Assembly: GCF_000009705.1 (NCBI RefSeq) | Contig: NC_003272.1 | Location: forward strand, 6,330,001 to 6,362,000 | DNA: 32,000 nucleotides | Origin: Nostoc sp. PCC 7120 = FACHB-418 | Lineage (GTDB): Bacteria; Cyanobacteriota; Cyanobacteriia; Cyanobacteriales; Nostocaceae | Reading direction: 5' to 3' | Part shown: positions 1 to 9,046 of the stretch, piece after piece | Position numbering within the stretch: the first letter of the stretch is position 1 | Layout: each line of letters starts with the position of its first letter | Program-made: the position numbers and the translations under genes | The notes under the pieces: generated by a model | Seen by the model: the letters and a program-made list of their open reading frames with translations, nothing else | Databases searched by the model: none | Told to the model about the DNA's origin: nothing

Positions 1-65
1 CTATAAGGTCACTGTAAAGCTAGGTTATTTTTTTACATTATTGAATACAGGCAATTCACTCTGAC

Positions 66-1379
66 TTACTGGCTAGAGATTGGCAAAGTAATAATAAATT
101 TTGTTCCCTTACCCAAAGTTGACAAGCACTTAATTTTTCCATTGTGCTTATCCACAATAATTTGATGGGTGATGGCTAATCCTAGTCCAGTTCCCTTGCC
201 TACAGCCTTAGTTGTAAAAGATGGCTCAAAAATTCTGTCTTGCACCTCAGGAGGTATACCAAGAGCATTATCTTCAATGCAAATTGTCACACCTGCCCGC
301 TCCTGATCAACCGATGTAGTAATTGTAATTGTGTGAGGTTCAGAAACATTTATTTCCTGGTCTGAACATTTCTGATGGAGATCATCAAAGGCATCTATAG
401 CGTTGGCGATAATGTTCATAAATACCTGGTTAAGCTGCCCAGGATAGCAAGTGATTGGTGGCAAAGTACCATATTCTTTGATCACCTCGATTTTTGGGCG
501 ATCGCTTTGGTCTTTCAGGCGATGTTTCAGTAACATTAAGGTACTATTCATACCTTCATGAATCTGAAACTCTACCTTAGAGGAGATATCAGATCGGGCA
601 AAGGTTCGTAAAGAAAGGCTGATATCCTTCAGCCGATCAATCCCTTGGTGCATTGACCCCAAGATTTTTGGTAAATCTTCTGCTAAATACTCTAAGTCGA
701 TTTCTTCAACTAATTCTTCAATTTCCGGGTCTGAGTGTGATAATTTTTGCTGTTGCAGATGCACTAAACGAAGAATATCCTTGACATATTCCTCAATATG
801 AGAGCAATTGCCACTAATAAAACCAATTGGGTTATTAATCTCATGACCTATACCAGCCACAAGTTGTCCAAGGGTGGACATTTTCTCACTTTGGATGAGT
901 TGTATTTGGGTTTGCTTTAACTGTTGTATGGATTGAGTTAATTCTGCTGTCCGTTCTTGGACTTTTTGTTCTAGAGTACGGGTGAGATGGGATATTTTCA
1001 GGTGTAACTTTAATCGAGCAATAACTTCTTCATGTTGGAAGGGTTTGGTAATGTAGTCAACTGCACCAATTTCTAGTCCTTTGACTTTATCTGTAGCATC
1101 AGACAAGGCTGTCATGAAAATGACCGGAGTATTCTGAGTTATGGGATTGGCTTTCAATCTACGGCAAGTTTCAAATCCATCAATACCTGGCATCATGACA
1201 TCAAGGAGAATCAAATCAGGATGAGCATATTCTGTTTGTTCTAGCGCCGACTCTCCATCCGTTGCCATGAGAGCTTTCCAACCACATCCCTGAACTGCTT
1301 CTGATAAAACTTTCAGATTATTCGGGTTGTCATCTACTAAAAGGACATATGTTGGCTGTACAAGAGATTCGGTGATCAT
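66..1379 (-). CDS. Hybrid response-regulator/histidine kinase (N-terminal REC, coiled coil, HisKA, HATPase_c)
   Basis: 437-aa ORF. REC motifs: [29 protein letters not shown]-box: [13 protein letters not shown]-box: [12 protein letters not shown]-boxes: EDNALGIP and [10 protein letters not shown]. Its ATG overlaps the stop of the upstream kinase gene in an ATGA at 1376-1379. Confidence 0.9.
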   Translation of the reverse strand: MITESLVQPTYVLLVDDNPNNLKVLSEAVQGCGWKALMATDGESALEQTEYAHPDLILLDVMMPGIDGFETCRRLKANPITQNTPVIFMTALSDATDKVKGLEIGAVDYITKPFQHEEVIARLKLHLKISHLTRTLEQKVQERTAELTQSIQQLKQTQIQLIQSEKMSTLGQLVAGIGHEINNPIGFISGNCSHIEEYVKDILRLVHLQQQKLSHSDPEIEELVEEIDLEYLAEDLPKILGSMHQGIDRLKDISLSLRTFARSDISSKVEFQIHEGMNSTLMLLKHRLKDQSDRPKIEVIKEYGTLPPITCYPGQLNQVFMNIIANAIDAFDDLHQKCSDQEINVSEPHTITITTSVDQERAGVTICIEDNALGIPPEVQDRIFEPSFTTKAVGKGTGLGLAITHQIIVDKHNGKIKCLSTLGKGTKFIITLPISSQ

Positions 1380-4183
1380 GGATGCGACTCCGTTATGACA
1401 AATGATTTCAGGAACTGGCGAATTTTTGCGGTTTGGAAGTTGGTAGTAAGTTTACTCAACTCAGTGGCAAAGGGAGTTAGCTGACTATTATGCTGAATTA
1501 GCTCTCTAAGAATTCCCTCAATCGCTGGTATATCCCCCATCATGGATAGATGATAGAGTTGTTGCAAAACATCCTGTGATGGCAGAACCAATTCAGTAGG
1601 AGTTGTAGGCCCTGGTTGAGGAGATAAAGACAAAGATGCAGATGGCGCATAAATCCACTCGACTTGGAGTAGCGATCGCAGCGCATTGAATAGTTCATCA
1701 ATTTGTAAGGGCTTGGGCAAAAACGCTGTTGCTCCAGCCTGCAAACTCCGTTGGCGATTTTCCTCGAATACGCTGGCACTAGAGACAATGATGGGGATAG
1801 AACTAGTTTGTGGATTCTCTTGTAGCTGAACCATTAGCTCAAAGCCATCCATATTAGGCATAGCTAAATCAAGCAGAATCAAATCTGGGTGATGTTCATT
1901 GACCATCTGTAGTCCCTGTTTGCCGTCGCTTGCTTCTAGGGTTTGACAGCCAATTTCTTGTAGCAGACTGTTTAACATAGAACGGTGGTTGTCATCATCA
2001 TCGACAATCAAAATTTGCGGCGCGCTACCCTGAATACCAATGACTTTCTGGTGCATTGGGGCATAGGTCTGCCAATCATGGGAAATTGGTACTGGAAGTG
2101 TTACATCCAACCAGAAGATACTTCCTTCACCCAGACGACTCTGTACCTGAATTTGGCTACCCATTAATTCGGCAATTCTTTGACTGATGGCTAATCCTAA
2201 ACCAGTACCTTCAGATTGCCGTCTGCAATCACCCACTTGCTCAAAAGCTAAGAAGATTTTTTCCAGTTGCTCCGGGGACATACCCACGCCTGTATCTTCA
2301 ATCTGGAAACGAATTTTGGCAACAGAGGATTGCTGATTATCTTGATCTTGAGTGTCCAGTAACTCTACTTTAAAAGTCACTCCGCCGCTATCCGTAAATT
2401 TGACAGCATTGCCAAGTAAATTGATCAGCACTTGCCTGAGGCGCTTTTCATCCACCTCCATGACTGTTGGTAGGCGATCGCCCATAGAGACTTTGAATGC
2501 AATCCCCTTTTGTGCTGCTCGGATACTACAAATCTCGCTCACACCATGTAAGAAAGTTGGCAGATGTACATTAGCCACCACCAACTCTAATTTACGAGCT
2601 TCAATTTTTGACAAATCAAGAATGTCATTAATCAGTAGTAAAAGATGTGAGCCACATTGGTGAATAATGTTCACTCCCTCTAAGTCTTTCTCCCTCAAAT
2701 TGGGTGATACCTCTAGCACCTGAGCAAAACCAAGGATGCCATTCAGTGGTGTGCGTAGTTCGTGGCTCATATTAGCCAGAAACTCACTCTTGGCTTGGTT
2801 AGCAGCGTCGGCAGCTTGCTTGGCTTCTAAGAGTTCATGAGTCCGCTCTTGGACTTTTATCTCTAGGGTTTTGGAATAATCTAAAAGTTGACTATTAGCA
2901 ATTTCTAATTGCTGATTTGCTTCTTCCAACTTCTGCTGTTTATAGGCATTAGTTGTGGCAATCACACTAACAATGAAAGCTGCTAAAGGGGGTGTGACCG
3001 GAATCAAAACACCATGCAGAAACATTCCATAGCCACCTCCCAGAAATGCCCCACTGATGGATGTGGTTGTCCAAAGAATTTTTCCGCCTGGAATCCGTCG
3101 TCCACTGCGTGCGCTAGCTAACAACCAACTACCGCTAGAACCGATCACAGACCATAAAATAATCCAGCTTGCCATAAACAAGCCAGAAAAACCACGCAGA
3201 TTCGCTTTCCCTGTTCTTGCCCCTCGTACCAGTTGATGAGCAATATTGGCATGGATCACAACACCTGGTGTAGGTTTTTGAGCAGAAATCAAGGATGAGC
3301 TAAAAGGTGTACTAAAGAAATCGTTGGTACTGGCAGCAGTTGAACCGATAAAAACCATGCGATCGCGCATCAGTTCTGGAGGAATTTTCCCTGCCAACAC
3401 ATCACGCATGGTAACTGTGCGAAAGGCCGCTTCTGAGCCGTACCAGTTAAGTAAAATTTGATAGCCGCCCAAATCAGCATCCGTATAACCCGCACTTGAA
3501 TTTTGTAGTGGTAAGTGTATTTGCTTACCCAAACGAAACTTTTGCTGTTTGGCATCAACTGATTCTAAGCTGATTTTTTCGGCTTTTAGGTACTTGAGTG
3601 CGACAAGAGTTGCTAGTCCGGCTTTGATTTTGCCTTCTTCTTTGGTATCGACCGCAGTCAAGAGGGCGCGGCGCACATGGCGATCGCCATCCAACACCAA
3701 ATCAGCTAATCCTACTTGGTCATTTTTTTTCAGTTCAGGCGGCGGATTGACACGTTCACCAGTGATTTTCTCAACCCCAATCAAATTAGGTGTAGTGCGA
3801 AAAACTTCCGCGAGTTTTTCATACCCCTTACCTTCCGGTAAATCACGATAGAGATCCAAACCAATGGCACGAGGTTGTTGCGCTCGGATTTTTTCTAGTA
3901 ACTCTGCCAGTGACCAATCTGGAATCGGCCATTTACCAACCGATTGGATATCCTGTTCATCAATTGTGATAACGATGATTTCGTCAGCCATTGTATTGTG
4001 GGAACACTCCAAAAGGGTATTTGCTTCACACGAACGTAGTCGCACCCATTCATCACGAAGTTTCCACTCAAGCAAATTGAAAATACCCAACGATTGTCCG
4101 ACAATAATCGTTAAGGCAACACTAGGCGTAATAATCAAGACACTGCGAGTGCGCTGGATGAAAGCTTGGAATTTGCGCCACAT
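1376..4183 (-). CDS. CHASE2-domain sensor hybrid histidine kinase (TM, CHASE2, 3 TM, coiled coil, HisKA, HATPase_c, REC, C-terminal helical tail)
   Basis: 935-aa ORF. N-terminal TM helix followed by a CHASE2-type region ([20 protein letters not shown]...AIGLDLYRD...[10 protein letters not shown]). A hydrophobic block spans about aa 330-415. H-box: [16 protein letters not shown]-box: [11 protein letters not shown]-boxes: DTGVGM and [11 protein letters not shown]: [10 protein letters not shown]...[15 protein letters not shown]...KP. Confidence 0.9.
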   Translation of the reverse strand: MWRKFQAFIQRTRSVLIITPSVALTIIVGQSLGIFNLLEWKLRDEWVRLRSCEANTLLECSHNTMADEIIVITIDEQDIQSVGKWPIPDWSLAELLEKIRAQQPRAIGLDLYRDLPEGKGYEKLAEVFRTTPNLIGVEKITGERVNPPPELKKNDQVGLADLVLDGDRHVRRALLTAVDTKEEGKIKAGLATLVALKYLKAEKISLESVDAKQQKFRLGKQIHLPLQNSSAGYTDADLGGYQILLNWYGSEAAFRTVTMRDVLAGKIPPELMRDRMVFIGSTAASTNDFFSTPFSSSLISAQKPTPGVVIHANIAHQLVRGARTGKANLRGFSGLFMASWIILWSVIGSSGSWLLASARSGRRIPGGKILWTTTSISGAFLGGGYGMFLHGVLIPVTPPLAAFIVSVIATTNAYKQQKLEEANQQLEIANSQLLDYSKTLEIKVQERTHELLEAKQAADAANQAKSEFLANMSHELRTPLNGILGFAQVLEVSPNLREKDLEGVNIIHQCGSHLLLLINDILDLSKIEARKLELVVANVHLPTFLHGVSEICSIRAAQKGIAFKVSMGDRLPTVMEVDEKRLRQVLINLLGNAVKFTDSGGVTFKVELLDTQDQDNQQSSVAKIRFQIEDTGVGMSPEQLEKIFLAFEQVGDCRRQSEGTGLGLAISQRIAELMGSQIQVQSRLGEGSIFWLDVTLPVPISHDWQTYAPMHQKVIGIQGSAPQILIVDDDDNHRSMLNSLLQEIGCQTLEASDGKQGLQMVNEHHPDLILLDLAMPNMDGFELMVQLQENPQTSSIPIIVSSASVFEENRQRSLQAGATAFLPKPLQIDELFNALRSLLQVEWIYAPSASLSLSPQPGPTTPTELVLPSQDVLQQLYHLSMMGDIPAIEGILRELIQHNSQLTPFATELSKLTTNFQTAKIRQFLKSFVITESHP

Positions 4184-4220
4184 AGTTCCGTCACACGCTT
4201 TAATTAAAATTGATGAGCAT

Positions 4221-4282
4221 TAGGGATAGGTAGGGATAGGGATTGGGTTTGAGGAATAAATTTTTCTAGTTCCCAATCCCTA
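4221..4282. repeat. Intercistronic G-rich decamer duplication plus 11-bp inverted repeat (hairpin)
   Basis: TAGGGATAGG occurs twice in tandem (4221-4240). TAGGGATTGGG (4237-4247) is the exact reverse complement of CCCAATCCCTA (4272-4282), with a 24-nt A/T-rich loop. It lies between the DUF928 stop (4290) and the CHASE2 kinase start (4183). Confidence 0.7.
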
Positions 4283-4289
4283 ATCTTGA

Positions 4290-5276
4290 TTAATTAGCAG
4301 ACGCTAATAACGGAGCTTTAACAATCTCCTTCAAGCTAACAGAAGAAAGAAGTTCTTCCCATTGCTTGAGGATAGTTGCATTCTTGGGTTGAGATGTGTG
4401 CAGGGTAGCCAGTGTTTCTACACAGTCATACCAAACGCCAGATTTGCCGAAAGCAGTTGCTCGCTTCAAGGCATCTCTCTGCTGCATTGCCGTTGCCAGT
4501 TCAGCAGTGGGTTGGATGCGCTGAATCCAACCATCAACATAAGGTGTACTAGGATTGAGTTTTCCATCCACCTTTAGTGCCAAAAACCACTGGTAGTTTT
4601 TCCCTAAGGCTAAAGCTGGTGCGTCTGCTGGTAATTTGACTCCCATGACCCCAGTTTTCCCAGCAACAGGAATGGTGGTTTGATACTGGGTATTGCCAGC
4701 TTCATCCTTGAGACTGAAGACAGCCTCTTCTGCATTAGTAGCAGGTATATACACCATAATGGTGGGACGCTCAGATACCGTTGTGCCATAGAAGCTTTGG
4801 GGTAAGAGTGCAATTAGGGCTGCTGGACCTGCTGCTCCCACAGTTGAAGGATTCAAGTAGTAAGTACCAACGCGAGAAGCTCCTCCACTTGCCTCTTGAG
4901 GTGCGCCTTTGTCAGAAGCGGGAGTAAAGAGTTCGCCTCTGGAAGCTCCTCCAGTTGCTTGTCTAGGAGCGGCATTGCGAGAGTTAGGTGTAAAGAGATT
5001 ACCTCTGGAAGCTCCTCCAGTTGCGTGCCTGGGAGCGGCATTGCGAGAGTTAGGTGTAAAGAGGTTGCCTCTGGAAGCTCCTCCAGTTGCGTGCCTGGGA
5101 GCGGCATTGCGAGAGTTAGGTGTAAAGAGATTACCTCTGGAAGCTCCTCCAGTTGCTTGTCTAGGAGCGCCGCTATCGATTGGTGGGGTAAAGGTTATAC
5201 CGTAGGCACTATTCCACATACCGCTAGTCATTAGAGCAATCAAGCCCAATGTACTAGCAAAATATCCAAGTCTCAT
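4290..5276 (-). CDS. Secreted DUF928-family protein with an N-terminal 22-aa tandem repeat array
   Basis: 328-aa ORF. Signal-peptide-like N-terminus (MRLGYFASTLGLIALMTSGMWNSAYG). It carries 4 full and 1 degenerate copies of APR(Q/H)ATGGASRGNLFTPNSRNA. The C-terminal about 190 aa (YYLNP...MVYIP...YQWFLALK...VDGWIQR) matches what I recall of DUF928. The family call is from memory only. Confidence 0.8.
   Translation of the reverse strand: MRLGYFASTLGLIALMTSGMWNSAYGITFTPPIDSGAPRQATGGASRGNLFTPNSRNAAPRHATGGASRGNLFTPNSRNAAPRHATGGASRGNLFTPNSRNAAPRQATGGASRGELFTPASDKGAPQEASGGASRVGTYYLNPSTVGAAGPAALIALLPQSFYGTTVSERPTIMVYIPATNAEEAVFSLKDEAGNTQYQTTIPVAGKTGVMGVKLPADAPALALGKNYQWFLALKVDGKLNPSTPYVDGWIQRIQPTAELATAMQQRDALKRATAFGKSGVWYDCVETLATLHTSQPKNATILKQWEELLSSVSLKEIVKAPLLASAN
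4872..5168. repeat. 66-nt coding tandem repeat (about 4.5 copies) inside the DUF928 gene
   Basis: GGAGCGGCATTGCGAGAGTTAGGTGTAAAGAG... recurs with a 66-nt period, for example near 4965, 5031 and 5097. This corresponds to aa 37-135 of the minus-strand protein. Central copies are nearly identical at the nucleotide level. Confidence 0.9.
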
Positions 5277-5464
5277 GATTCTATCCCTTGTTTGATGAAA
5301 GGTAATACTAAGTAGATTTATTCTGATTGCGGGAAGAAGCTTGTAAGGTCTCTTTAGCTACTAATCAAAGTGAAGAATAGCTGATACCAATATAAACCAA
5401 CTTTGGCTAAATATAGGTAAAAGATATTGCAAAGATTTTAATGCGTCTACGCATTATTACTTAA

Positions 5465-8020
5465 TCACAACCAGTTACCAACCAGAACGAAGGCAGACCA
5501 AAAGAAAGGATCTTGGAAATCAGTTTGGTGAATCAGGTTGATTTGGGCTTGCCTCAATGCTTCGGCTTTGGTGATTTTGGGCTTTCGTAGTTGGTCATAG
5601 AAGCGCGTCATCAGCATCTCAGCAGCTTTATCTTTAACGGGCCAAAGGGTGGCAATAGTTGAGCGAGCGCCGGATTTGACCGCTAAACCTGCCAGTCCCA
5701 GAACGGCGCGATCATCTCCAGTTGCAGTGTCGCAGGCACTAAGTACCAATAATTCGATCGCCTTTGATGAATCACCACTACGATTTTTGAGTAGTTCAGA
5801 CAAATCTTTAACATTCACTTGTCCATCCCAAGTCAGTAAGAAAGTATCTTCGATACGGGAACTGAACTGTCCGTGGGTAGCTAGGTGAACCACATCGGCA
5901 CGGCTAGACTTGATACGATCTGCTAGGGCTTGACTGGTGAATTTCTGATTCAACAGCATCGAAGAAGGTATTGTCTGAGAAATTTGCTTCACTTCTGATT
6001 CCACAGCAGGTAAGGCAGCAAAACCAGAGCGAGATTCGCTAATACCAGCGACGATCGCCTTAATTTTGTTTTGCTCCAGGGATTGAGCAGCCATTAGTTG
6101 CAACCCTGGTGAGAGAGCCACTGCATATTTCTCGATCAGATATTGCTGTCCATCGAATAAAGCGGCTATTGGTATATTCCGCAACTTTCCATCTAAAACA
6201 AACACTAGTGTTTTGGTATTTTTAAATGCTTGTCCTTCTTCTGCTGGACGAATCAGCCAATCATACACTTGTTGAGACAATCGCGCCCGAACTTGGGAAT
6301 CGGAAACAGGGTTGAGGGCTACTAACAAATTATCAAGAGTTTGTTCGATATCAGCTTGAGATTTACGGGTTACATAGTAACGCAGAGGCTTTCCCGCTTG
6401 GGAGAGAATCACCGCCAAGCGATCGCTGAGAATAATGGGATAAATAACTGTCGCAGAGGAGTCAACTTTGTCAATCTGCTGGGCTTTATCTAAACAAGCC
6501 TCGCGGAAAAAGTTATCAAGTTCGGCAATTTGTAACGATTCGATCAATTCACGGGCCTGCATTAAAGCAGTCTGGGTTGGTTGTTCTTCTAGAAGTAGAC
6601 CCACTAACTCCCGATAGACAGGCTCTACACTTTCGCGGAAAGAAAATTGAACATCCGGGTTAACTGCAACCATATCCCCCCGCAATGCTTTTAATGACTT
6701 AACTGCTTCTGTATAAGCTGTAATCGCTTTTGGGCGATCGCCCTGCTGCTTAAACAACTGTCCTACTTGCCATGCTGATTGAGCGATGATATCGTCAGCT
6801 TGGAGTTGACGGGCAATATTGAGGGATTTTTGGGCTACTTCCTTGGCTTCAGTCCACTGCTTTGTGCGACGATAGAGTTGTCCCCATTGATACAAAGCAT
6901 ACGCTTGGGCTGGAGAATCTTCAATCTGTTGTGCAGACTTAACAGTCAATGCCATCAGTTGCGCCAAATCTTTAATTGGTAAAACTTGGTCAGGTTTTTC
7001 CAAGCGATTCAATGTAGCCACAAAATTAATGGCTGCGTAAAGTGAGCTATGGCTGGGTGGTAGTTCCGACAACTTTTGTTGTAATTGAGGTGCTAGGGGA
7101 ACTGCATATTCTAGTTTGTCGTAATCTATCAATAATTTGAACCGAGCTAAACGCGCTTGCAAGGATTCATTTGGGTTCGTGGCTGCTTTTTCTGCGTCTT
7201 CAAAGTAATTTAATGCCACTTCTGGATCTTGGAAGTCAGAGGCAACTTTCCCCAGACTCGCAAGAATAGAACTTAAATGAGTTTTAGCGCCAATTTTATT
7301 AGCAGTGGCTAAACTTTGTTCTAAGATTAGCTGACTTTTATTATCACCAATCGCGTGTAAAGTTAAACCCAGCGATCGCAACCCACTCACTTTAACTTCC
7401 GAATCTGGCATTTGTTGGAGCTTTTGCGTTAATATCTCCAATTGTTGTTTCGAGCGGCGATAAAATCCCAAACTTTGTAAGGCTTGTGCTTGATTGATTT
7501 GACTACCCAAGCTGCCCATATTGTCGCCTGCTTGTTCATAATATTTTTGAGCTTGTTGCCAAATTTCTAGAGCGGTTTCAGCCTTGCCAGTACGTAATCG
7601 TAAATTTGCCTGAGTATTTAATATCTGCGCCCAGATAATTGCATCAACAGAAGGTTTAGCCGTTTGCAGAATTTTCACACTTTGCTCTATAGATTGTCTA
7701 GCAGTGTCCCACTGATTAAGTTCCTGTTGTGCTAACGATAAGTAACTCAAGCTGAGGGCTTCATTGGTGCGATCGCCCTGGATATGATATTTCTGTGCTG
7801 CCGTTTGCCATGTTGTAGCAGCTTCCGCAAAACGTCCTGCATGGTAAAGGTTTCGTCCTTGTTCTAACCCATTGGTAGCTTGAGGAGTGGATAATGACAC
7901 GTTGAGAGTTGTCTGTAACGGTATAGATGCTTTTGCAGGGGCGATGGTCACCGCTAAACACAAGCTCAGAATACTTAAACACAGATAAAGCCAAGGATTT
8001 TTTTTGATGGGGAAAATCAT
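5465..8020 (-). CDS. Signal-peptide TPR-repeat / CHAT-domain (caspase-like) protein
   Basis: 851-aa ORF. N-terminus MIFPIKKNPWLYLCLSILSLCLAVTIAPAKA is signal-peptide-like. About 450 aa of TPR-like helical repeats follow (recurrent A..Y/W..A...Y...G patterns). The C-terminal CHAT region has an intact His/Cys dyad context: VVHLATHGQF (His codon 5873-5875) and LLVLSACDTATG (Cys763, codon 5732-5734). Confidence 0.88.
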   Translation of the reverse strand: MIFPIKKNPWLYLCLSILSLCLAVTIAPAKASIPLQTTLNVSLSTPQATNGLEQGRNLYHAGRFAEAATTWQTAAQKYHIQGDRTNEALSLSYLSLAQQELNQWDTARQSIEQSVKILQTAKPSVDAIIWAQILNTQANLRLRTGKAETALEIWQQAQKYYEQAGDNMGSLGSQINQAQALQSLGFYRRSKQQLEILTQKLQQMPDSEVKVSGLRSLGLTLHAIGDNKSQLILEQSLATANKIGAKTHLSSILASLGKVASDFQDPEVALNYFEDAEKAATNPNESLQARLARFKLLIDYDKLEYAVPLAPQLQQKLSELPPSHSSLYAAINFVATLNRLEKPDQVLPIKDLAQLMALTVKSAQQIEDSPAQAYALYQWGQLYRRTKQWTEAKEVAQKSLNIARQLQADDIIAQSAWQVGQLFKQQGDRPKAITAYTEAVKSLKALRGDMVAVNPDVQFSFRESVEPVYRELVGLLLEEQPTQTALMQARELIESLQIAELDNFFREACLDKAQQIDKVDSSATVIYPIILSDRLAVILSQAGKPLRYYVTRKSQADIEQTLDNLLVALNPVSDSQVRARLSQQVYDWLIRPAEEGQAFKNTKTLVFVLDGKLRNIPIAALFDGQQYLIEKYAVALSPGLQLMAAQSLEQNKIKAIVAGISESRSGFAALPAVESEVKQISQTIPSSMLLNQKFTSQALADRIKSSRADVVHLATHGQFSSRIEDTFLLTWDGQVNVKDLSELLKNRSGDSSKAIELLVLSACDTATGDDRAVLGLAGLAVKSGARSTIATLWPVKDKAAEMLMTRFYDQLRKPKITKAEALRQAQINLIHQTDFQDPFFWSAFVLVGNWL

Positions 8021-8573
8021 AAAAATTACTGATAAATTTGCTGTTTAGAGGTTTCCATGAAACGATTCATCTTGCACACTTATATTGCCCAGTTATCACC
8101 GTGAACTATCAATGGAGACCTGCTTTTACCTTTGGGTAGCTAGTCAAATTCCTGTGGGGAACGGAAAATTCAAAATCAATCACCCCATGAATCAATCTGG
8201 AGTCTTGCATACTACTTTATTGTTGGTAAATTACTTCCACCTTGAGAAACGACAACACAGGTTAACAAAATATAGGGGGTATAAATCCCCGTTACAACAC
8301 GGAAAAAGCGAATTGCGAATTGCTTTAATGGTTGGTGTGAATAGGCAGGAGATTCATCTGCCATCAACTAAATTTTGCCGTCAACCTTAGAGGATGTTTG
8401 AAAAGTCAAGCGAAATACCTGATCTTGAGAGTGCTTGACTCTTTTGAATATTAGATAAATCTTTCAGCAGAAAGAAACGGTAAGTCAAACTAATTCTTAA
8501 GAATGATGAACAGATTAGTTAAGATTTGGAATTATGGCAACAACACCGCCACAAAATATGAGGCAAAAAATAT

Positions 8574-8789
8574 ATGAGATCGCCAGAAATTCAAACAACA
8601 GAAAATACAATTGATCAGATTAATCCTCAAAGCTCCTACAAAGCTGAATCTATCACTCAGGTAGGAAGAAATAATAGAATAACTGATCCAAATTTACCCT
8701 ATAAACGATTACTTTACATCTCGGCTTTGGTGATATTGGTGGCTTTCCTATTTGTTGCTGCCATTTACTACGGAGTTATCAACCCTTAA
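8574..8789 (+). CDS. Hypothetical small tail-anchored membrane protein (71 aa)
   Basis: ORF with a polar N-terminal half and one C-terminal hydrophobic helix (LLYISALVILVAFLFVAAIYYGVI). GAGG lies about 11 nt upstream of the ATG. No recognisable family, so it may not be expressed. Confidence 0.3.
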   Translation: MRSPEIQTTENTIDQINPQSSYKAESITQVGRNNRITDPNLPYKRLLYISALVILVAFLFVAAIYYGVINP

Positions 8790-8923
8790 TACTAATTCTC
8801 GATGAAGTTGCGCTTAATTATTTTAGAACTAGCAAATTATCATCAGAAATCCTCCGCGCTAACCACCCTGCGGTTTCGCTCTTAGCGTTCTCGTAGAGTA
8901 GCCGAAGCGTCTACAGCGTTAAA

Positions 8924-9046
8924 AAGGCTAAAATTTAGTTAAGAAGAATAGTAGGTTGGATTGAGAGGCAGCGAAACCCAACAAAGCCTTGATAACGTTG
9001 GGTTTTGTTCCTCAACCCAACTTACGCCAGTTTTAGTTTTAGCCTT
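8924..9046. repeat. Nested palindromic MITE-like dispersed repeat (Nostoc-type GTTGGGTT...AACCCAAC units)
   Basis: Unit A is 8951-8982 (GTAGGTTGGATTGAGAGGCAGCGAAACCCAAC). Unit B is 8997-9025 (GTTGGGTTTTGTTCCTCAACCCAACTTAC). They are inverted copies of one about 30-nt unit. Outer arms AAGGCTAAAA (8924-8933) and TTTTAGCCTT (9037-9046) are also reverse complements. The unit resembles a repeat family I recall as abundant in Nostoc/Anabaena genomes. Confidence 0.65.

Noticed and set aside
1540-4223. Multiple 60-120-aa ORFs on both strands within the CHASE2 kinase gene: 1540-1788, 1985-2167, 2352-2663, 3370-3558, 3549-3851, 3864-4223 and 3895-4104.
   Set aside because: All are nested in or antisense to a 935-aa ORF whose domain motifs are continuous from end to end. 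None has independent features.
4872-5168. Regularly spaced 66-nt repeats that could be mistaken for a CRISPR array.
   Set aside because: The units are directly adjacent with no unique spacers, lie entirely within a long ORF, and encode a coherent peptide repeat. No cas genes are present in the window.
4872-5168. Possible relation of the GGASRG repeat motif to the PatS/HetN RGSGR heterocyst-inhibitor peptide.
   Set aside because: The motif ASRGN does not match RG(S/T)GR, since the second Gly-Arg is missing. The resemblance rests only on composition (Gly/Ser/Arg).
4853-5234. Three ORFs crossing the DUF928 repeat region: 4853-5107 (-), 4896-5234 (+) and 4909-5205 (+). Each has its own repetitive translation.
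   Set aside because: They are alternative or antisense frames of the same 66-nt tandem repeat. A repeat free of stops in one frame tends to stay open in others. Only the 328-aa frame has a signal peptide and continues into a conserved non-repetitive domain.
5465-8020. CHAT protein as a phage-defence effector (Craspase- or CBASS-like context).
   Set aside because: No CRISPR-Cas, cyclase, TIR, nuclease or other defence genes are nearby. The protein has a signal-peptide-like N-terminus and a TPR array. Its neighbours are a secreted protein and sensor kinases, which fits extracytoplasmic signalling better.
8085-8390. A 101-aa ORF diverging from the CHAT gene.
   Set aside because: It has a non-ATG start, no SD, and an odd composition (His/Cys/Trp scattered, no domain or TM pattern). 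I retain only the observation that a terminator-like hairpin follows it, so a transcript is possible.
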